This document shows, piece by piece, positions 1 to 12,484 of a DNA stretch of 64,000 bases. How positions within the stretch are numbered: the first letter of the stretch is position 1; every line of letters begins with the position of its first letter. Where the stretch lies: NCBI RefSeq assembly GCF_006345805.1, contig NC_043004.1, forward strand, positions 26,846,001 to 26,910,000, given 5' to 3'. The translations under genes were made by a program, and so were the position numbers. The notes beneath the pieces are model-generated. The model was not told where the DNA came from. It saw nothing but the letters and a program-made list of their open reading frames with translations, and did not search any database. This DNA comes from Octopus sinensis. Lineage: Eukaryota.

Positions 1-1070
1 CTGCAAGGCGAGTTGCCAGTGAAGACAGGAATCTTACAGTAACTGATTCGACCCCACCAAACATCTCGAACGGCACAGGGTGGAAAATGAAGTTGGCCGA
101 CAGGTCACAGTAGTTCAGGATTTTGTTTCACTTGGTGGCAGAAGCTGTGGATTTTGCCCTGACTGCAGCATCCAGGATGTGAGAAGAAGCAAAGAAGTTG
201 CTAACTGTGACATCCCAGATAAGGCATCTGCCTTGCAACCAGAGGCACAGGGTGGGTCCGTCAAGTCTCTTCCCATCACATCTGGACAATCCAGATGGTT
301 CCAAGGTGGAGGGGATGTTTACCCAGGCCAGGCTCTTGAGTATCAGGCTCAACTCCATATGACGCATGAAGCAACCAGCATTCAGGCAGCAAGAAAGACC
401 ATGGAGGCCTGTGGAGTCAAGGAGCCTGCCACAACAACATATCAAACCCATGCATATGTCATCTCCCACTCTGAGGGCAAGGGAAACACGAAGTTCGTCC
501 AAGCTGAGTAGGCCATCAACTTTAGCCACAGGGATGGCATCAATTCAGTCACCTGAGTATTTGGCACTAGCAGACAGTAAGCGGGACCTCGAAAACTGGT
601 CCGACAGGATGAAGAGGAAGTCGAAGGTGGCCTTTGAAATTATGTTGTCCCAAGCTCTCTATCTCCGACAGTCCTCTGCCTTCTCAGGAGCAGACAAGCC
701 CAATTCCCTCCAGTGTTATAGAGCTTCATCCAATTTCCTGTTGGAACTGGTCCATGTTGGTGAGGAGAGGATGTTGCTCACCAGAGTGGAGCAGGCGTGG
801 GTGGAGGAAAGGAAGCAGGGAAGAGAGAGGGATGAACACATGCAAAGCCCAAGACCTCCGAGTCGCTTGGGCAATGCAGCCTGACTGCAGGACATTGGAG
901 GGAGCCTGACATTGACTAAGCATTTGAGTCTCTCAAAGATTAGGTTGCCAAAACATTGGAGGCATGATGGGAAATTAGTAAGATGAGCTGACTCTGAGTA
1001 AATATAGAAGCTTAGAGATCGAGAGGTAATTCCTAAGTATGAAAAAAAACCTTGATGGGGTTCGATAACT
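1..1070 (-). mobile_element. CRE-like (restriction-like endonuclease) non-LTR retrotransposon, decayed C-terminal part, runs off left edge
   Basis: ORF 128..529(-) has a CCHC knuckle (CCCGRLLDSTGLHGLSC), RH and the RLE motif (EPSGLSRCDGKRLDG..W..GRCLIWDVT). Upstream frames read LRNYLSISKLLYLLR and AALPKRLGGLGL; downstream F.P..FE..G. Clade is inferred from motif style. Confidence 0.75.
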
Positions 1071-1074
1071 TCTA

Positions 1075-1463
1075 TTGGGGATAGCTTTGGTTTTCACGAG
1101 TCCTGCTTTTGTTTGGAGCTGTAGCACTGTCTGCCATTTATTCATAGGGTATCTTATGTATTTTATAATTATTGTTGCTACTTTGTTAATGGCTAGTGTT
1201 TCGAGGGTCTATGTGTGGAGAACACTATCAAAAGCCTTTTGGTAGTCGATCCAGGCCATACTAAGGCTTTTCTTCTTTCTACGGCTGTCTTCAGTTATGG
1301 CTTTATTAATCATTAGTTGATTTTCACAGCCATATGAGCCCTTGCAGCATCCCTTCTGCTCTTCTGGAAATAGGTTTTTTTCTTCCAGATGCTTGCTTAA
1401 TCTTTGCGATATTATTGCAGTAAAGGCTTTGTACATTGTAGGGAGACAGGTTATAGGTCTGTA
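1075..1463 (-). mobile_element. R4/Dong-like non-LTR retrotransposon RT fragment
   Basis: ORF 1209..1589(-): NYRPITCLPTMYK...EEQKGC...QLMINKAI...LSMAWIDYQKAFDSV (RT domains 1-3); the fragment begins directly at an (AAT)n array. Confidence 0.85.
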
Positions 1464-1479
1464 GTTGTTATTATTATTA

Positions 1480-1543
<64 letters not shown>
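1464..1543. repeat. (ATT)n/(TAA)n microsatellite
   Basis: About 25 near-perfect trinucleotide units seen directly. Confidence 0.95.
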
Positions 1544-2581
1544 GACATGTGGATAGGAAATGGAATAAAATTACAAGTAGGGTAGTCATGCTGAAAGAGA
1601 GCTACCATTGAAAGGTCAAACCAAAATGCTGCATGCATATATTGCCCCATCATATATTGCCCTTGTTTTCTCTGGACAAGATCACTTCTTGAGAAAAAAG
1701 ATGTGTTCAATAGTTAGGAGACCCATCTATTGTTAACATCCTTACATAGAGAACTTCGCATGCCATACTGCCAATGATGAGACATGTGTTAGAAGTATGA
1801 CATCTGCAAATATTTCTAGATAGAGCGGAGGTAGATTTGCCTCAGTTCATCTCTTTGACAAAGTTGCAGCTTGCATCAAGCAGAGACCTAGACTAAGAAA
1901 TTGTCTAGAATACTATCAGGACACACAGTACTCCACCACTTAGGCAATACAGTCAATGGAACTTCCATTTTGACTTTCTATAGAGAACTAGTGGTGGAGA
2001 AGAGCAATAACATTCTCAAGGAAATTTTAGGTTGGCCTTTTCTGGAGAACTATCAGCACAAGAACTGTGGATAATTTCTGGATATCCCTAGTCTGTAAGT
2101 GTTACTGAGGGATATTGTAAATTCAGTGTGCAAGCATTGCTGATGAGTGGTGTTTCATCAAACAGCTGTTGTTGTGGGTTGGCTGTATCTGGTTGTCAAT
2201 CAAGTCAGTCATGAAGCTCCTCTATCATATGTCTCTGGCTTGAAAGGGCAGGCAGTTTCCCTTTAACTGAAAGGTGGGTAAAAGTGGTGAGCTTGGTATG
2301 AGCAAATAAGCCTATGCTGAAAATGCTCCTACTTGTAGGCTAGGAAGAGCAGATGACAGAGGTCACTTGCCCTTGGTAGCCAGGGCTATTGATTTTATGT
2401 AGGGTTTCCTTGAATGACCCTTTACAGTGATTCATCCTTTTGAGGAATTTTGTTTGTTGAAATTTTGTTGGGGCTTTGGTACTGATATCTTTTATACAGT
2501 TCAAGTGAACGCCTTGCTATGATTTGTCACTTTGTCATTGTCTTCACTCCTTTGAACCCTTATGTCTAATGAAGAAATAAC

Positions 2582-2810
2582 TATCATCATTATTCATCAT
2601 CATCATCATCATCGTTTAATGTCCGCTTTCTATGCTAGCAAGGGTTGGACGATTTGACTGAGGTCTGATGAACCAGATGGCTGCACCAGACTCCAATCTG
2701 ATCTGGCAGAGTTTCTACAGCTGGATGCCCTTCCTAATGTCAACCACTCTGAGAGTGTAGTGGGTGCTTTTACATGCCACTGGCATGAGGGCCAGCCAAG
2801 TGGTACTGGA
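2582..2810 (-). mobile_element. RTE LINE 3' tail fragment with (GAT)n tail
   Basis: Reverse complement of the 3' UTR of the RTE copy at 37420-40298 (ggaagggcatccagctgtagaaac...ccaacccatgctagcatgg...gttaaacgatgatgat). Confidence 0.8.
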
Positions 2811-2830
2811 AAACAACAACAACAATAATA

Positions 2831-3197
2831 ATGCAAATAATTGAAATACAAAAGATGTGGCATCTTAAAGCGAGAACTATTCCTGTTATTGTGGATGCCA
2901 TAGGTATAATAAGAAAGGGATGTCAAAAATATTTAGATAAGATCCCAGGAAAACCATGTCTCAGAGAAATCCAAAAGATTGTGCTGACAAGTACTGTCCA
3001 CATCCTTAGAAAAACCCTATCAATTTATATGTCTGTGCTGTATTACATGAAGATATTCCACTACTGCCTCGCCACCTCCCCTCCCCAAACTTTCAGTCAT
3101 ACTGTAACGTTTTTTATCCTTCACTTGCCCTAGGATGCTGGGTGTGTCTCAGTAAGTGATTGTAACAGATATGCAGATTAAAAGTAAATAATAATAA
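2831..3197 (+). mobile_element. R4/Dong-like element 3' end (RLE C-terminus + 3' UTR), 5'-truncated
   Basis: EIQKMWHLKARTIPVIVDAIG...LDKIPGKP...IQKIVL..T.HILRK matches the C-terminus of R4-clade ORFs; flanked by caacaataata and aataataataa. Confidence 0.75.
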
Positions 3198-3676
3198 CAC
3201 CATCATAGTAAATCATTGTCCCTTTGCAATTTGGATTGGCAGGGTCAGAAGATGTACCTTTATCTAAAGAGGGAAAAACAATCATTGGAACTTTTTGTAT
3301 TGGTAATCAGAGACAGACTTGGGAAGTTGCCAAGCATCTGACCACCAATATTTTTCTTGCCAAGAGTTTTGATATGATGGTCTTGGTCTGCTTTAAGTAC
3401 AAGGAGGTAGAGATGGAGATGGGGAGATGAGGTAGAGAGTGAGAAGGAAATAAGTAAATAATTATATAAAAAAAACATAATTGAACTAAGCAAAAATGAA
3501 AGATGTAATTTAGGTGAAGAAGTGGGGTTGGAGATGAGAGAAGGAAAAAGAAAAATCTATATCAGATATTTTGATTATGATCTACTTATATCTCTTTAAT
3601 TTGAGTAAAACTTGTGATGTAAGTAATGTCCCACAAAAGAAACAAGTGGTTTTATATTGTTTCATTTCTTTTCTTC

Positions 3677-3723
<47 letters not shown>

Positions 3724-3929
3724 ATCCATGATTTTGTTCAGCAATTAGGCTTCCATGTAATTTTCTTTATATTTTTGTTTATTCATTTTTTGAAATCAAT
3801 GATATTTTGTGAAAAAATAAAATAAATTAGTATTAAAAGTAATTATCTGCTGCTATCATCATCACCATTATTATCACCACTACCACTCTCATCATCTTTA
3901 TGACTGGCTGAGAAGAATTAGGCATAAAC

Positions 3930-4420
3930 CCTATACTGAAGAATTTCAAACCATCACAAAATGACCATAGCTTTCACATAAGGAAGCAGTAAAAACATAT
4001 AAAGTGGCAGAGTTCTACAAATAAGGGTAGAATATGGGAAAGGGGGAAAGGAAGAATTGGAAACATTGTTATTGTCTAGGTTGAAATTAAAGAATATAAA
4101 CAGTCCTGACAGAATTGGGGCAATATTTGTTGATAATTATATACTATAATCCAAATACATACACAAAAGATTACAAGGAGTAACAATTCATACAGACAGG
4201 GAGATTTGAGAAAATTCTTCCATATAATTAAGAAAGACCATCAAGGAAAAAATTTCCCCTAATTTGTACTATTCCAATGTTAATGATATTTGTAGAAGAA
4301 CTAGAGAAACTAGTCAGATGCAAAAATCCAGAAATGAAGGTATCCAAAGTTTGGGGATTAACAATAAAAAAGAACTTCCCTAAATTTTGGTACCTGGAAA
4401 TCATTAAAAGTGATGGCATG
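3930..4420 (+). pseudogene. Highly decayed AP-endonuclease domain of a LINE
   Basis: Broken frames give YKVAE..Q.R..GKG..RIGN, DRI.AI and related APE-like fragments with many stops; recognised by eye only. Confidence 0.35.
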
Positions 4421-4448
4421 TAATATGCAAATCACCAAACATAAAGGC

Positions 4449-4516
<68 letters not shown>

Positions 4517-4549
4517 ACACACACACACACACACACACGTATGTGTGTA

Positions 4550-4600
4550 TGCAGGTGTGGTTGTGTGGTAAGAAGCTTGCTTCCCAACCACATGGTTCCA
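4550..4600 (+). mobile_element. tRNA-derived SINE family A, 5' head only
   Basis: gcaggtgtggttgtgtggtaagaagcttgcttcccaaccacatggttcc matches the head of the full copy at 24837. Confidence 0.7.
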
Positions 4601-4699
4601 GGTATTTAGGTATGGTTGGGGGTATCTTGTCATGGTGTATGTATGGAAGGGGGTGTTTATAGGGTTGTTTGCCATCGTGTTTTGATGGTGGGGAGTGGA

Positions 4700-5466
4700 T
4701 TTGTTTGTTGTTAGGTTTCTTTTTGTGTCCCGTTTTATTCTTCAGGTATGGGTTGTCTGTGGTGGTATTTTCTTTAGAATGGGATTCGCACCTGTGAAAA
4801 AAATTGTTATTCTTAACCCAGTGTTGGAGGGAGGTTCTTTCCTCTTTTTTTCACAAGTTTCTTTCCAGAGTTTAACAATATTTTTAGGTGAGTGTTCGTC
4901 TGTGTAGTTGTTTATTTCCTGAAGCATTTCTTCATCGATGTTTTTGTATTTTTCTTGTTTGGTTGAGGCTCTTAGTTTTAATAGCGCAATTTCTGAAGTA
5001 AAATGAAAGAGAGAAAAAATAAAGAAGGAAATGAGTGGAAATGTTACCGGCGATGCTCTAAAAGGAATGACTCTCCCCAGACACAATAGAATATGCTTCA
5101 GCACACGAACTCACATAAAGAATCTTGCAAATAAAATCCCGAAACGAAAGATGTTACCTTCGAAACACGCATTGAGTCGAACCAGGGGCAGCTGATGAAG
5201 GGGAATTTTCCTTGTTTTGTTTGTCCTGTACTCTGTTTTTTCGTTGTTAAAAAAAGTCCGTTTCCTTGTTTGATTTTATGTTTTCGTCTCTCGTTGTGTT
5301 CTACATTTATTTGTGGTGTCCTGTACCCGTATATATATGCTTGTATATATACATGTAGATGTAAGTATGTACATATATGTATGTATATATGCATATATTT
5401 TATTTATTTATTATATTGTTATTATATGACTGAACGCATGCGTTGTTTCCCTTCTCCAAGTAAGTT

Positions 5467-5497
<31 letters not shown>
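4700..5497 (-). mobile_element. Penelope-like fragment: ORF N-terminal piece (4700-5010, minus) abutting a pLTR-like repeat (5040-5497)
   Basis: EIALLKLRA...KYKNIDEEM..EI...IVKLWKETCEK resembles PLE N-termini (by recollection). The 5040-5497 repeat recurs at 18900-19170, 59750-59845 and 61240-61510 and ends in (TA)n. Confidence 0.5.
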
Positions 5498-5662
5498 TAA
5501 GGAAACAGAAATACAATTGACATACTATAAATTTATTTACATTATAATGTAATATAATTATACTATAAAAAGATATAATTGGATGTTTTCCATCCCTTTG
5601 AAGGAAATTGTTTTTTCCTTGGATTGAATATATGTGTGTGTGTGTGTGTGTGTGTGTATGTA

Positions 5663-5990
5663 TTGGGTCATCCCATGAATAATGCGTTTTTTTCAATTGC
5701 ATGAACTAAAAGTCAGAGGTGGACAGGATAAACTACCTGCATCAACTTGCTATAAAAGCAGGTAGTAATTTTACCTTGGACTTATTCTTAGTGCAAGTTT
5801 TGAAGAGTGCAATTCGATTTTAACAGTTACTTTTTCAAAGCTATAATGGAAGTGACAAAGGAGCATATTTGGCATATTTTGTTTTATGAGTTCAATAAAG
5901 GCAACAGTGCAATGGGAAGTGTGAGGAATATTAATGCAGTGTATGAGGATTGGACAATAAGCATAAGCCAGTGTCAATGGGGTTCCAGAA
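5663..5990 (+). mobile_element. mariner 5' fragment (TIR + N-terminal HTH)
   Basis: TA|ttgggtcatcccatgaataatgcg TIR; MEVTKEHIWHILFYEFNKGNSA...NINAVY resembles the Mos1-type HTH. Confidence 0.8.
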
Positions 5991-7300
5991 ATTCTGAGCC
6001 TTGCGTGGATGAAGACCTTTTTTTGGCTTGGGATGCCAGTGTTTCTTCTTTCCTAACCCACTGTCTTCAGTGCTTGCCATTTTTATAGAGAACCTATTTC
6101 TTGTCACCGGTCACATATTGTCTAGAGAAAAGATCTCTGGGTGTACACATTCATACATATACAATATTTTGAAATTAGTACTGGATAAGGATGAGGAGGA
6201 GAAGAAAGAGGAGGAGAAAGTAGAGGATAGTAGTAGAAATATTGGTGGTGGTGATAATGATGATGATGATAGTAGAAGTGTTGGTGGTTATAGTTGTGGT
6301 GGTAGTAATGTAGTTATGGCAAAAGTGGTGGTGATGATGATGACGATAGTCTCCAAGTCTATATAGATTCATAAGGAGGGGAAATGTTGTGAGGTTCATG
6401 CGTGTGCTTATTTCTCTCAGTATTGGTGGCATAAATAGAACCGAATGGCTTCCATGAAAACCTGAATGGTGATCAAAGTACTCACTTGCCAATAGTTTGA
6501 TTCTTAATCTACAATTATATTAATTAAAGATTTACAGAGATACAAGTAAAACAATTTTTTAAAACATACCAGAAAAACAATGTAAAACAGAAATTACTTT
6601 CTAGAAAATTTACTGATTATGTTTTCTCCTTCTTTGTGTTTTCATTTTTCTTTTTAATTAAATATACTTAAGACATATTAAATAATAAAGTAGAGAGAAT
6701 TAAAAGCTTAAAACATTTAAAAATATTTTTCTCTTCTTTTCTGTGAAATATAATGAAAAATTGCTACTAAGTCCAGCAAGTTAAAAGCAATTGCTTATAA
6801 ATAATTTGTCTTTGATGTCTTAGAGAAATTCTGTTCCAAATATTTCGAAAGTTATATATTTTTGTCACTTTTTTAATGATTTTTTTACCATTATTGTTTC
6901 CATTGGATATCTTAGGAACTACAATATATTGTAGTTTTTTTTTCTGTTTGCATATGTTTTTATTGTTTCAACACTGATGTATGGAGAATTTTGGTTGAAT
7001 CAGCAGCTAAGATAGATGACTGTAGGTTCCATTTTCCATTCTACTGACTTACAACATCCATTTTTTTTACTGTGGACTTTGGTTGGAGGTAAAGTTGGAT
7101 AAGATATGAAGCATTATTAAAATAGATTTTGATCTGGGTAGACACAAGAGGGTTCCAATGTAGATATACATTCTAGCAACATTTGAGCTTATAATGTTTC
7201 TTTATTGTCATTGTCATAATTATCATCATCAGCAGCATCAGAATTACCATCATCACACTACCACCATCAGTATCTCCACCATCACCACTGTTGCTGTGTA

Positions 7301-7346
<46 letters not shown>

Positions 7347-7351
7347 CATTT

Positions 7352-7513
7352 GTAAAAAGCACCCACTACACTCACGGAGTGGTTAGCATTAGGAAGGGCA
7401 TCCAACTGTAGAAACATTGCCAGATCAGACTGGAGCCTGGTGCAGCCTTCTGGCTTCCCAGATCCCTGGTCGAACCGTACAACCTATACTAGCATGGAGA
7501 ACGGACGTTAAAC

Positions 7514-7545
<32 letters not shown>
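7352..7545 (+). mobile_element. RTE LINE 3' tail fragment with (GAT)n tail
   Basis: Same 3' UTR motif as the 37420-40298 RTE; ends in gttaaacgatgatgat. Confidence 0.85.
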
Positions 7546-7546
<1 letters not shown>

Positions 7547-7742
7547 ATAAATACAAAATGGGACAAGAACGCAAAACAAGCTGAAATTGCAAAGATAATC
7601 TGGAACTTGACTGAGGAAAGAAAACTCTGAATGACCCATCCCTGTTTTCTTTGTATCCTCTGTCTGGAAGTTTTGTTGTCCCTTTCTTGTATCACCTAAC
7701 TGTCTGGATGTTTTATGTTTTTGTCCCATTTTGCATTTTTTT
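7547..7742. repeat. ~195-bp element with ~30-bp inverted ends, ending in (TA)n
   Basis: aaatacaaaatgggacaagaacgcaaaaca at left and tgttttatgtttttgtcccattttgcattt at right are imperfect reverse complements. Confidence 0.65.
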
Positions 7743-9744
7743 TATATATATATATAGCGGCTTATGTACACTTTGTTCTCTTATATGTAAGGTGTCTACC
7801 ATTTTGGCTTTCATACTCCAAAAAATATCCACCAAACCTTCTTCAAATCACATCCTCTTGTTATTTAAAGAAGGATGTATTGATTATTCTGCAAAAATAT
7901 GGCAGAACTGCTAGACCTGAAGTCACAATGATCATAAGTTTTTTTTTCAATCTGTATTGATCCAGATTCAATCTGCATGACAAAATTAATACAAAATCAA
8001 GACAACAAGCTGAATTTGAATGAGATCAGCTACTATTTTTAGCAGGTGAACCATCTATGTAGTGGCGCCTTTGCTATTTTTTGCTGAGATGGCTGATGGC
8101 GGAATCAGGTGAGTGTTGAGAAAAATTATTTAGTTTATGTCCTTAATGTTCTGAGTTCAAATCCCACTGAGATCAACTCTGCTGTTCGTTTATATAATCA
8201 ATTATAATGTTCGTTTATATAATCATTTATATAATCAATGAAATAATCACAGAACATAAACCTACTTCATGCAACACGGAAAATATTTTAATACTTGCTC
8301 AAATAATCAAATAAGTAAACAGATGAATAAATATAAAAAAGCTAAAAAGAAGAAAAGCAATAAGAAATAACCAAACAGTTGTGGAAATAAATTAAAATTT
8401 TGTTATTTATTCAGAAAGTTCTGGAAAGTTTTCAAGATTTAATAGAAATTCTTTGTTATTCATTCTTCATTTCTTTCATTCTTGTTGCTTTCATTTATGT
8501 TGTTGTTTTCCTTCTTTAGCTGCTGTTATTGTATGCACTTTAAGTTGACAATGATAGAAGAAATTTTGCAGATGCAACAAAGGTGTCACTGTTTTGAAAC
8601 ACTGTCATACACAGTGACGTTCAGTGTATGTACTGTTTGTCATTAAAGCTCTCCTGTACTTGTAAAACAAGGTGTGATATAGGAAAACATGCATTCTGTG
8701 AAATATTTTTCTTACTCGTTTATTTCTCATTTTTCCTGATTTTAGAAAATTGAAAAATTTACTGTAAGCAAACAGACATATGTACATGAACCCCCCTCTC
8801 TTACTCTCTCACTCTCTCTCTCTCACATACACACAGAGAAAGAGATAAACAGAAAATGAAATGTAATACAAGAATAAAGGTAACAATTTATGAATTAAAA
8901 TCACATACATGCTAGCATTATCCTCTTCACCACCACTACCACCATCGTGATTATGTATATCAACTCCTACCACTACGACCATCATCACCTTCATCATCAT
9001 CACCACCACTACTACCACCACCACCACCACCACCACCACCACCATCACTATCACCACCATCATTTTCCCCAATAATCTCCATTATCATCATCATCATCAT
9101 CATTATTATCACAGTCCCATCTCTCCCAAACTTACTTCTACTATGGATATTCTTATCTCCACCACTTTTTTCTGAGCCTGAATGAAATAGCAAATGAATC
9201 GTGTTCAAATCTCTGTCAAGCATCTTTAAGAAGAAAGAATAAAAATGCATATCAGAATAGTTTTTAATCTTTTTGACTACATCAAACACAGGAGATCAAA
9301 TATTGGTGGAAAAGTTTATTACTGGTACACATCTTTGGAAAGGTTTATAGTTACTGATATACAGTACATGGAAAGTTAATACATACTAGTATACATTATA
9401 TGACTATTTGAAAACAATGTTTAAAATCTACAAAAAATTTATAAATTGTATTTTGTTTATTGTTTGGTTGGAAGAGAAAGCAGTGCCTATTACTTCCAAG
9501 AATGGTTTATGGGGTAAGATATCCTCAAATTAGAGGTCTGGTCTGGTTGTTTGCAGCAGAGTGGACACCACTAAAGTTCATTCAAGATGCCAGGTGGTGT
9601 GTGTCAACACATGGGATGGGTTAAGTCTACTGCTCAAGTAGGCCATGCTGAGATTTGAACTCAGAATGTAAAGAGCCTGAATAAATACTGCAAGGCTTGT
9701 GATCCAACATTCTTGAAAGGTAAAATTGGTCTAGGTGGGATTTG

Positions 9745-10460
9745 GTCCTCTCAAAAAACTCATCGCAGTGCCACTCTGCATGTTTGTGGAGCATCTCTGA
9801 GACAAATGGTGAAGTTTATGTAGTCCAGGGCTGTATTCAGGAATAATGGGAATCACGAGGCTGAGCTGAATGCTAGAATTGCCGGTACTGGTACAGTAAT
9901 ATGCCAGTTCCAACATTCCATCCTCAGAAGAGGAGTGGTTGGTAAAAAAGTCAAACTCATTATCATCAGTTAGGTTTTTATGCCTATCCTTACCTATGGT
10001 CATGAATATTGGATAATGACCAAAAGCGTACAGGTGTAAATACAAGCAGCCAAAATGGGTTCCGCTAAAGTGTCTCTGGAGTAATATTGCTCAACAGGTG
10101 TATAGCTTGGAGATCAAGGAGTTTCTCCAGGCCAAGCCATTTCTTCTGTGCATTGAGAGGTTCCGGTTCTAGCACTATGGATATGTGGTTAGAATGTCAG
10201 AAAGAATTGCAGAATGGATTCTTGAAGCCAAGTCAACCAGCAGGATACCTTGGGGTAAACCAAGACTCAAATAGTTGGATAATATTCATAGTCTTAGTTG
10301 GTCATGCTTAGGAATCTAGTTAGAAAATCTAAGGATGATTGCTTCTGATAGGATCCTATGGAGGAGGTACCTGAGGTCTCTACTCTCATGACCTCCTCAA
10401 GAATAGTGTAAGGAGAAGATGGATGAATGAAAGGAGAATATGGATGGATGGACAGACTCA
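9745..10460 (+). mobile_element. RTE (Expander/Rex3-like) LINE 3' part, decayed
   Basis: Broken frames give ELNARIA...K.K....VFMPILTYGHEYWIMT...IQAAKM...IERFR...GYVVRM...RILWRR, followed by a (GGAT)n-like tail. Confidence 0.75.
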
Positions 10461-10514
10461 GAATGAAGAGAGAGTCAGAAAAAATGGCGCAGCACATTCT
10501 GTCCTATGCTCTAA

Positions 10515-10850
10515 CATCATCATCATCATCATCATCATTTAGCGTCCGTTTTCCATGCTAGCATGAGTTGGACGGTTCGACTGGGGTCTGTGAAGCTGGA
10601 AGGCTTCATCAGGCCCAGTCAGATCTGGCAGTGTTTCTACGGCTGGATGCCCTTCCTAACGCCAACTACTCCGTGAGTGTAGTGGGTGCTTTTTACGTGC
10701 CACCCACACAGGTGCCAGACAGAGCTGGCAAACGGCCATGAACGGATGGTTCTTTTACGTGTCACCCGCACGGGGGCCAGGCGAGGCTGGCAACAGACAT
10801 GAATGGATGGTGCTTTTACGTGCCACCAACATGGGGGCCAGACAGGGCTT
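10515..10850 (-). mobile_element. RTE LINE 3' UTR fragment with (GAT)n tail
   Basis: catcatcattt...ttccatgctagcatg..ttggacgg...ggatgcccttcctaacgccaac, plus internal tandem gcttttacgtgccacc units. Confidence 0.85.
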
Positions 10851-12283
10851 AATTTACCTTCCATTTTATTAACCATACTGATGTATAACAAAATAATAAA
10901 TAAAGCTTTAGACTATATTTTATCAAAACCAAGTCACATTCAGGGACCTATAGTGATGATGTTCCAGTGCACTGGGGTGCAATGTTTCAGAACCACTGCA
11001 TTAGATATTGTACAGATAATTACCTTATATTATTATGACAGGGATGTCTTTGATCCTCTTTCTACTCAAACAGGATTGACCTGGAGTTAAACAGCACTCT
11101 TACTACCCACCACACCAGCATACTAGTGATGTCCATTCATTTGCTATTATTTCGATCTTTGGTTGAAGTTACTTACTACTTCTTTGGTTCTTTTCTTTGT
11201 TGTTATTGTTTAGCTGTTGTTTAGCTTCTGGCAAATCTGCATCAAGCAGACCTATGATTCAAGCTGTGTTTTCTCCTTTGTGATTTGAGGTAGATTTGGC
11301 TGCTGTTTTTAGATGCCTGAGTGACAATGAGACAAACTCTTTTTCTGAAGCACGAGAAAGTGTATGATAACAGGTGGGTCTGCGGGGAGTTGCCATAAAG
11401 AAGATGACAATGGTAACAAAGAGGAACTGGAGAACTGCTTGAGAAAACAGAGGCCAACAGAGTTGAGAAGTGAATGAAAAGGGAAGAAATCCAATATTCA
11501 GACCGTTTGGGATCCCAAAACCTCATGGCAAAAACATGAGCATTGTGAAATAAAGGAATCAGCCAACTGATCAACAAGAACAAGCTACTATGACTGCAAG
11601 AGCAAAAGCAACAGAAAAGGAACAACAAGAGCAAGATCTAAAGCAGTAAGATAATAAATAGTAATAGGTCTCTATAACTAGCACTAAAATAATAGAAGGC
11701 ACAGTAATAAAAAACAAAACAACAAAACAAAAATAACATGACAACAGTAATACCAATAATGGCAACAACAGCAATTTCTCTCTGCAATTTTACTGTTACT
11801 CAGAAGGACAACAGTGTCAATGGAAATTATATGAAGACACAAAAAGATGACAGGTGCAGAAAACAAAACATTCAACTAAATGGAAAATCTTTTTATTTTG
11901 TAAGAACATTTAAATATAAAGAAACAGGAAAGAAGAGAGATAAGAAAGGAAAAGAAAGAAAAGGAAAACAAGGGTGGGGTGGGGGGTAAAGCAGCAGAAG
12001 ATGGAGGTGGTGGGGGTGATGAGCCACACATTCCAGAACAAGTGGGGTGCTCGGCCGTACCCTGCACTAATGACCACAAGGGTATTGTCATGGGGAATGG
12101 CCAGTGACCCTTGCAACAGCAACAATTTTACCTCACAGGGCTCAGTTCTCTGATGGGCCACTGTTAACCTTATTTTGCAGGGGAAGGGGAAAAAAAAACA
12201 ACCACTTTAGCCAAAAAATAAAAGTAAAAAGGTCCCTAATAAATAGTATGGGGAACAGTGATAGTAATAATCTTTTTTACTAT

Positions 12284-12484
12284 AGGCACAAGACCTGAAA
12301 TTTGGCGGGAGGAGGCCAGTCAATTAGATCAACCCCAGTATGCAAGTGGTACTTAATTTATTGACCCTGAAAGGATGAAAAGCAAAGTTGACCTCGGCAG
12401 AATTTGAACTCAGAACATAAAGACAGACGAAATACTGGTAAGCATTTTGCCTGGTGTACTAACATTTCTGCCAGCTTGCCACCT
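12284..12484 (-). mobile_element. tRNA-derived SINE family C
   Basis: Minus strand ggcaagctggcagaaatgttag...gttctgagttcaaattctgccgagg (A/B-box-like); homologous copies at 42284-42490, 8085-8190 and 9645-9715. Confidence 0.75.

Noticed and set aside
80-923. Plus-strand ORFs 80..511, 366..884 and 634..909 as genes
   Set aside because: They are antisense shadows of the CRE-like coding remnant and show no independent motif.
3224-3493. ORFs in unique sequence as host exons
   Set aside because: No recognisable domain and no convincing splice-site pair with an open frame.
5150-5215. GAAA...CTGATGA as a type II hammerhead in the pLTR-like repeat
   Set aside because: Stems I and III do not pair, and no GAAA follows CTGATGA for a type I fold.
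6486-6600. Two minus-strand micro-exons (23 and 31 nt) with GT/AG sites
   Set aside because: Joining them closes all frames; AT-rich DNA gives such sites by chance.
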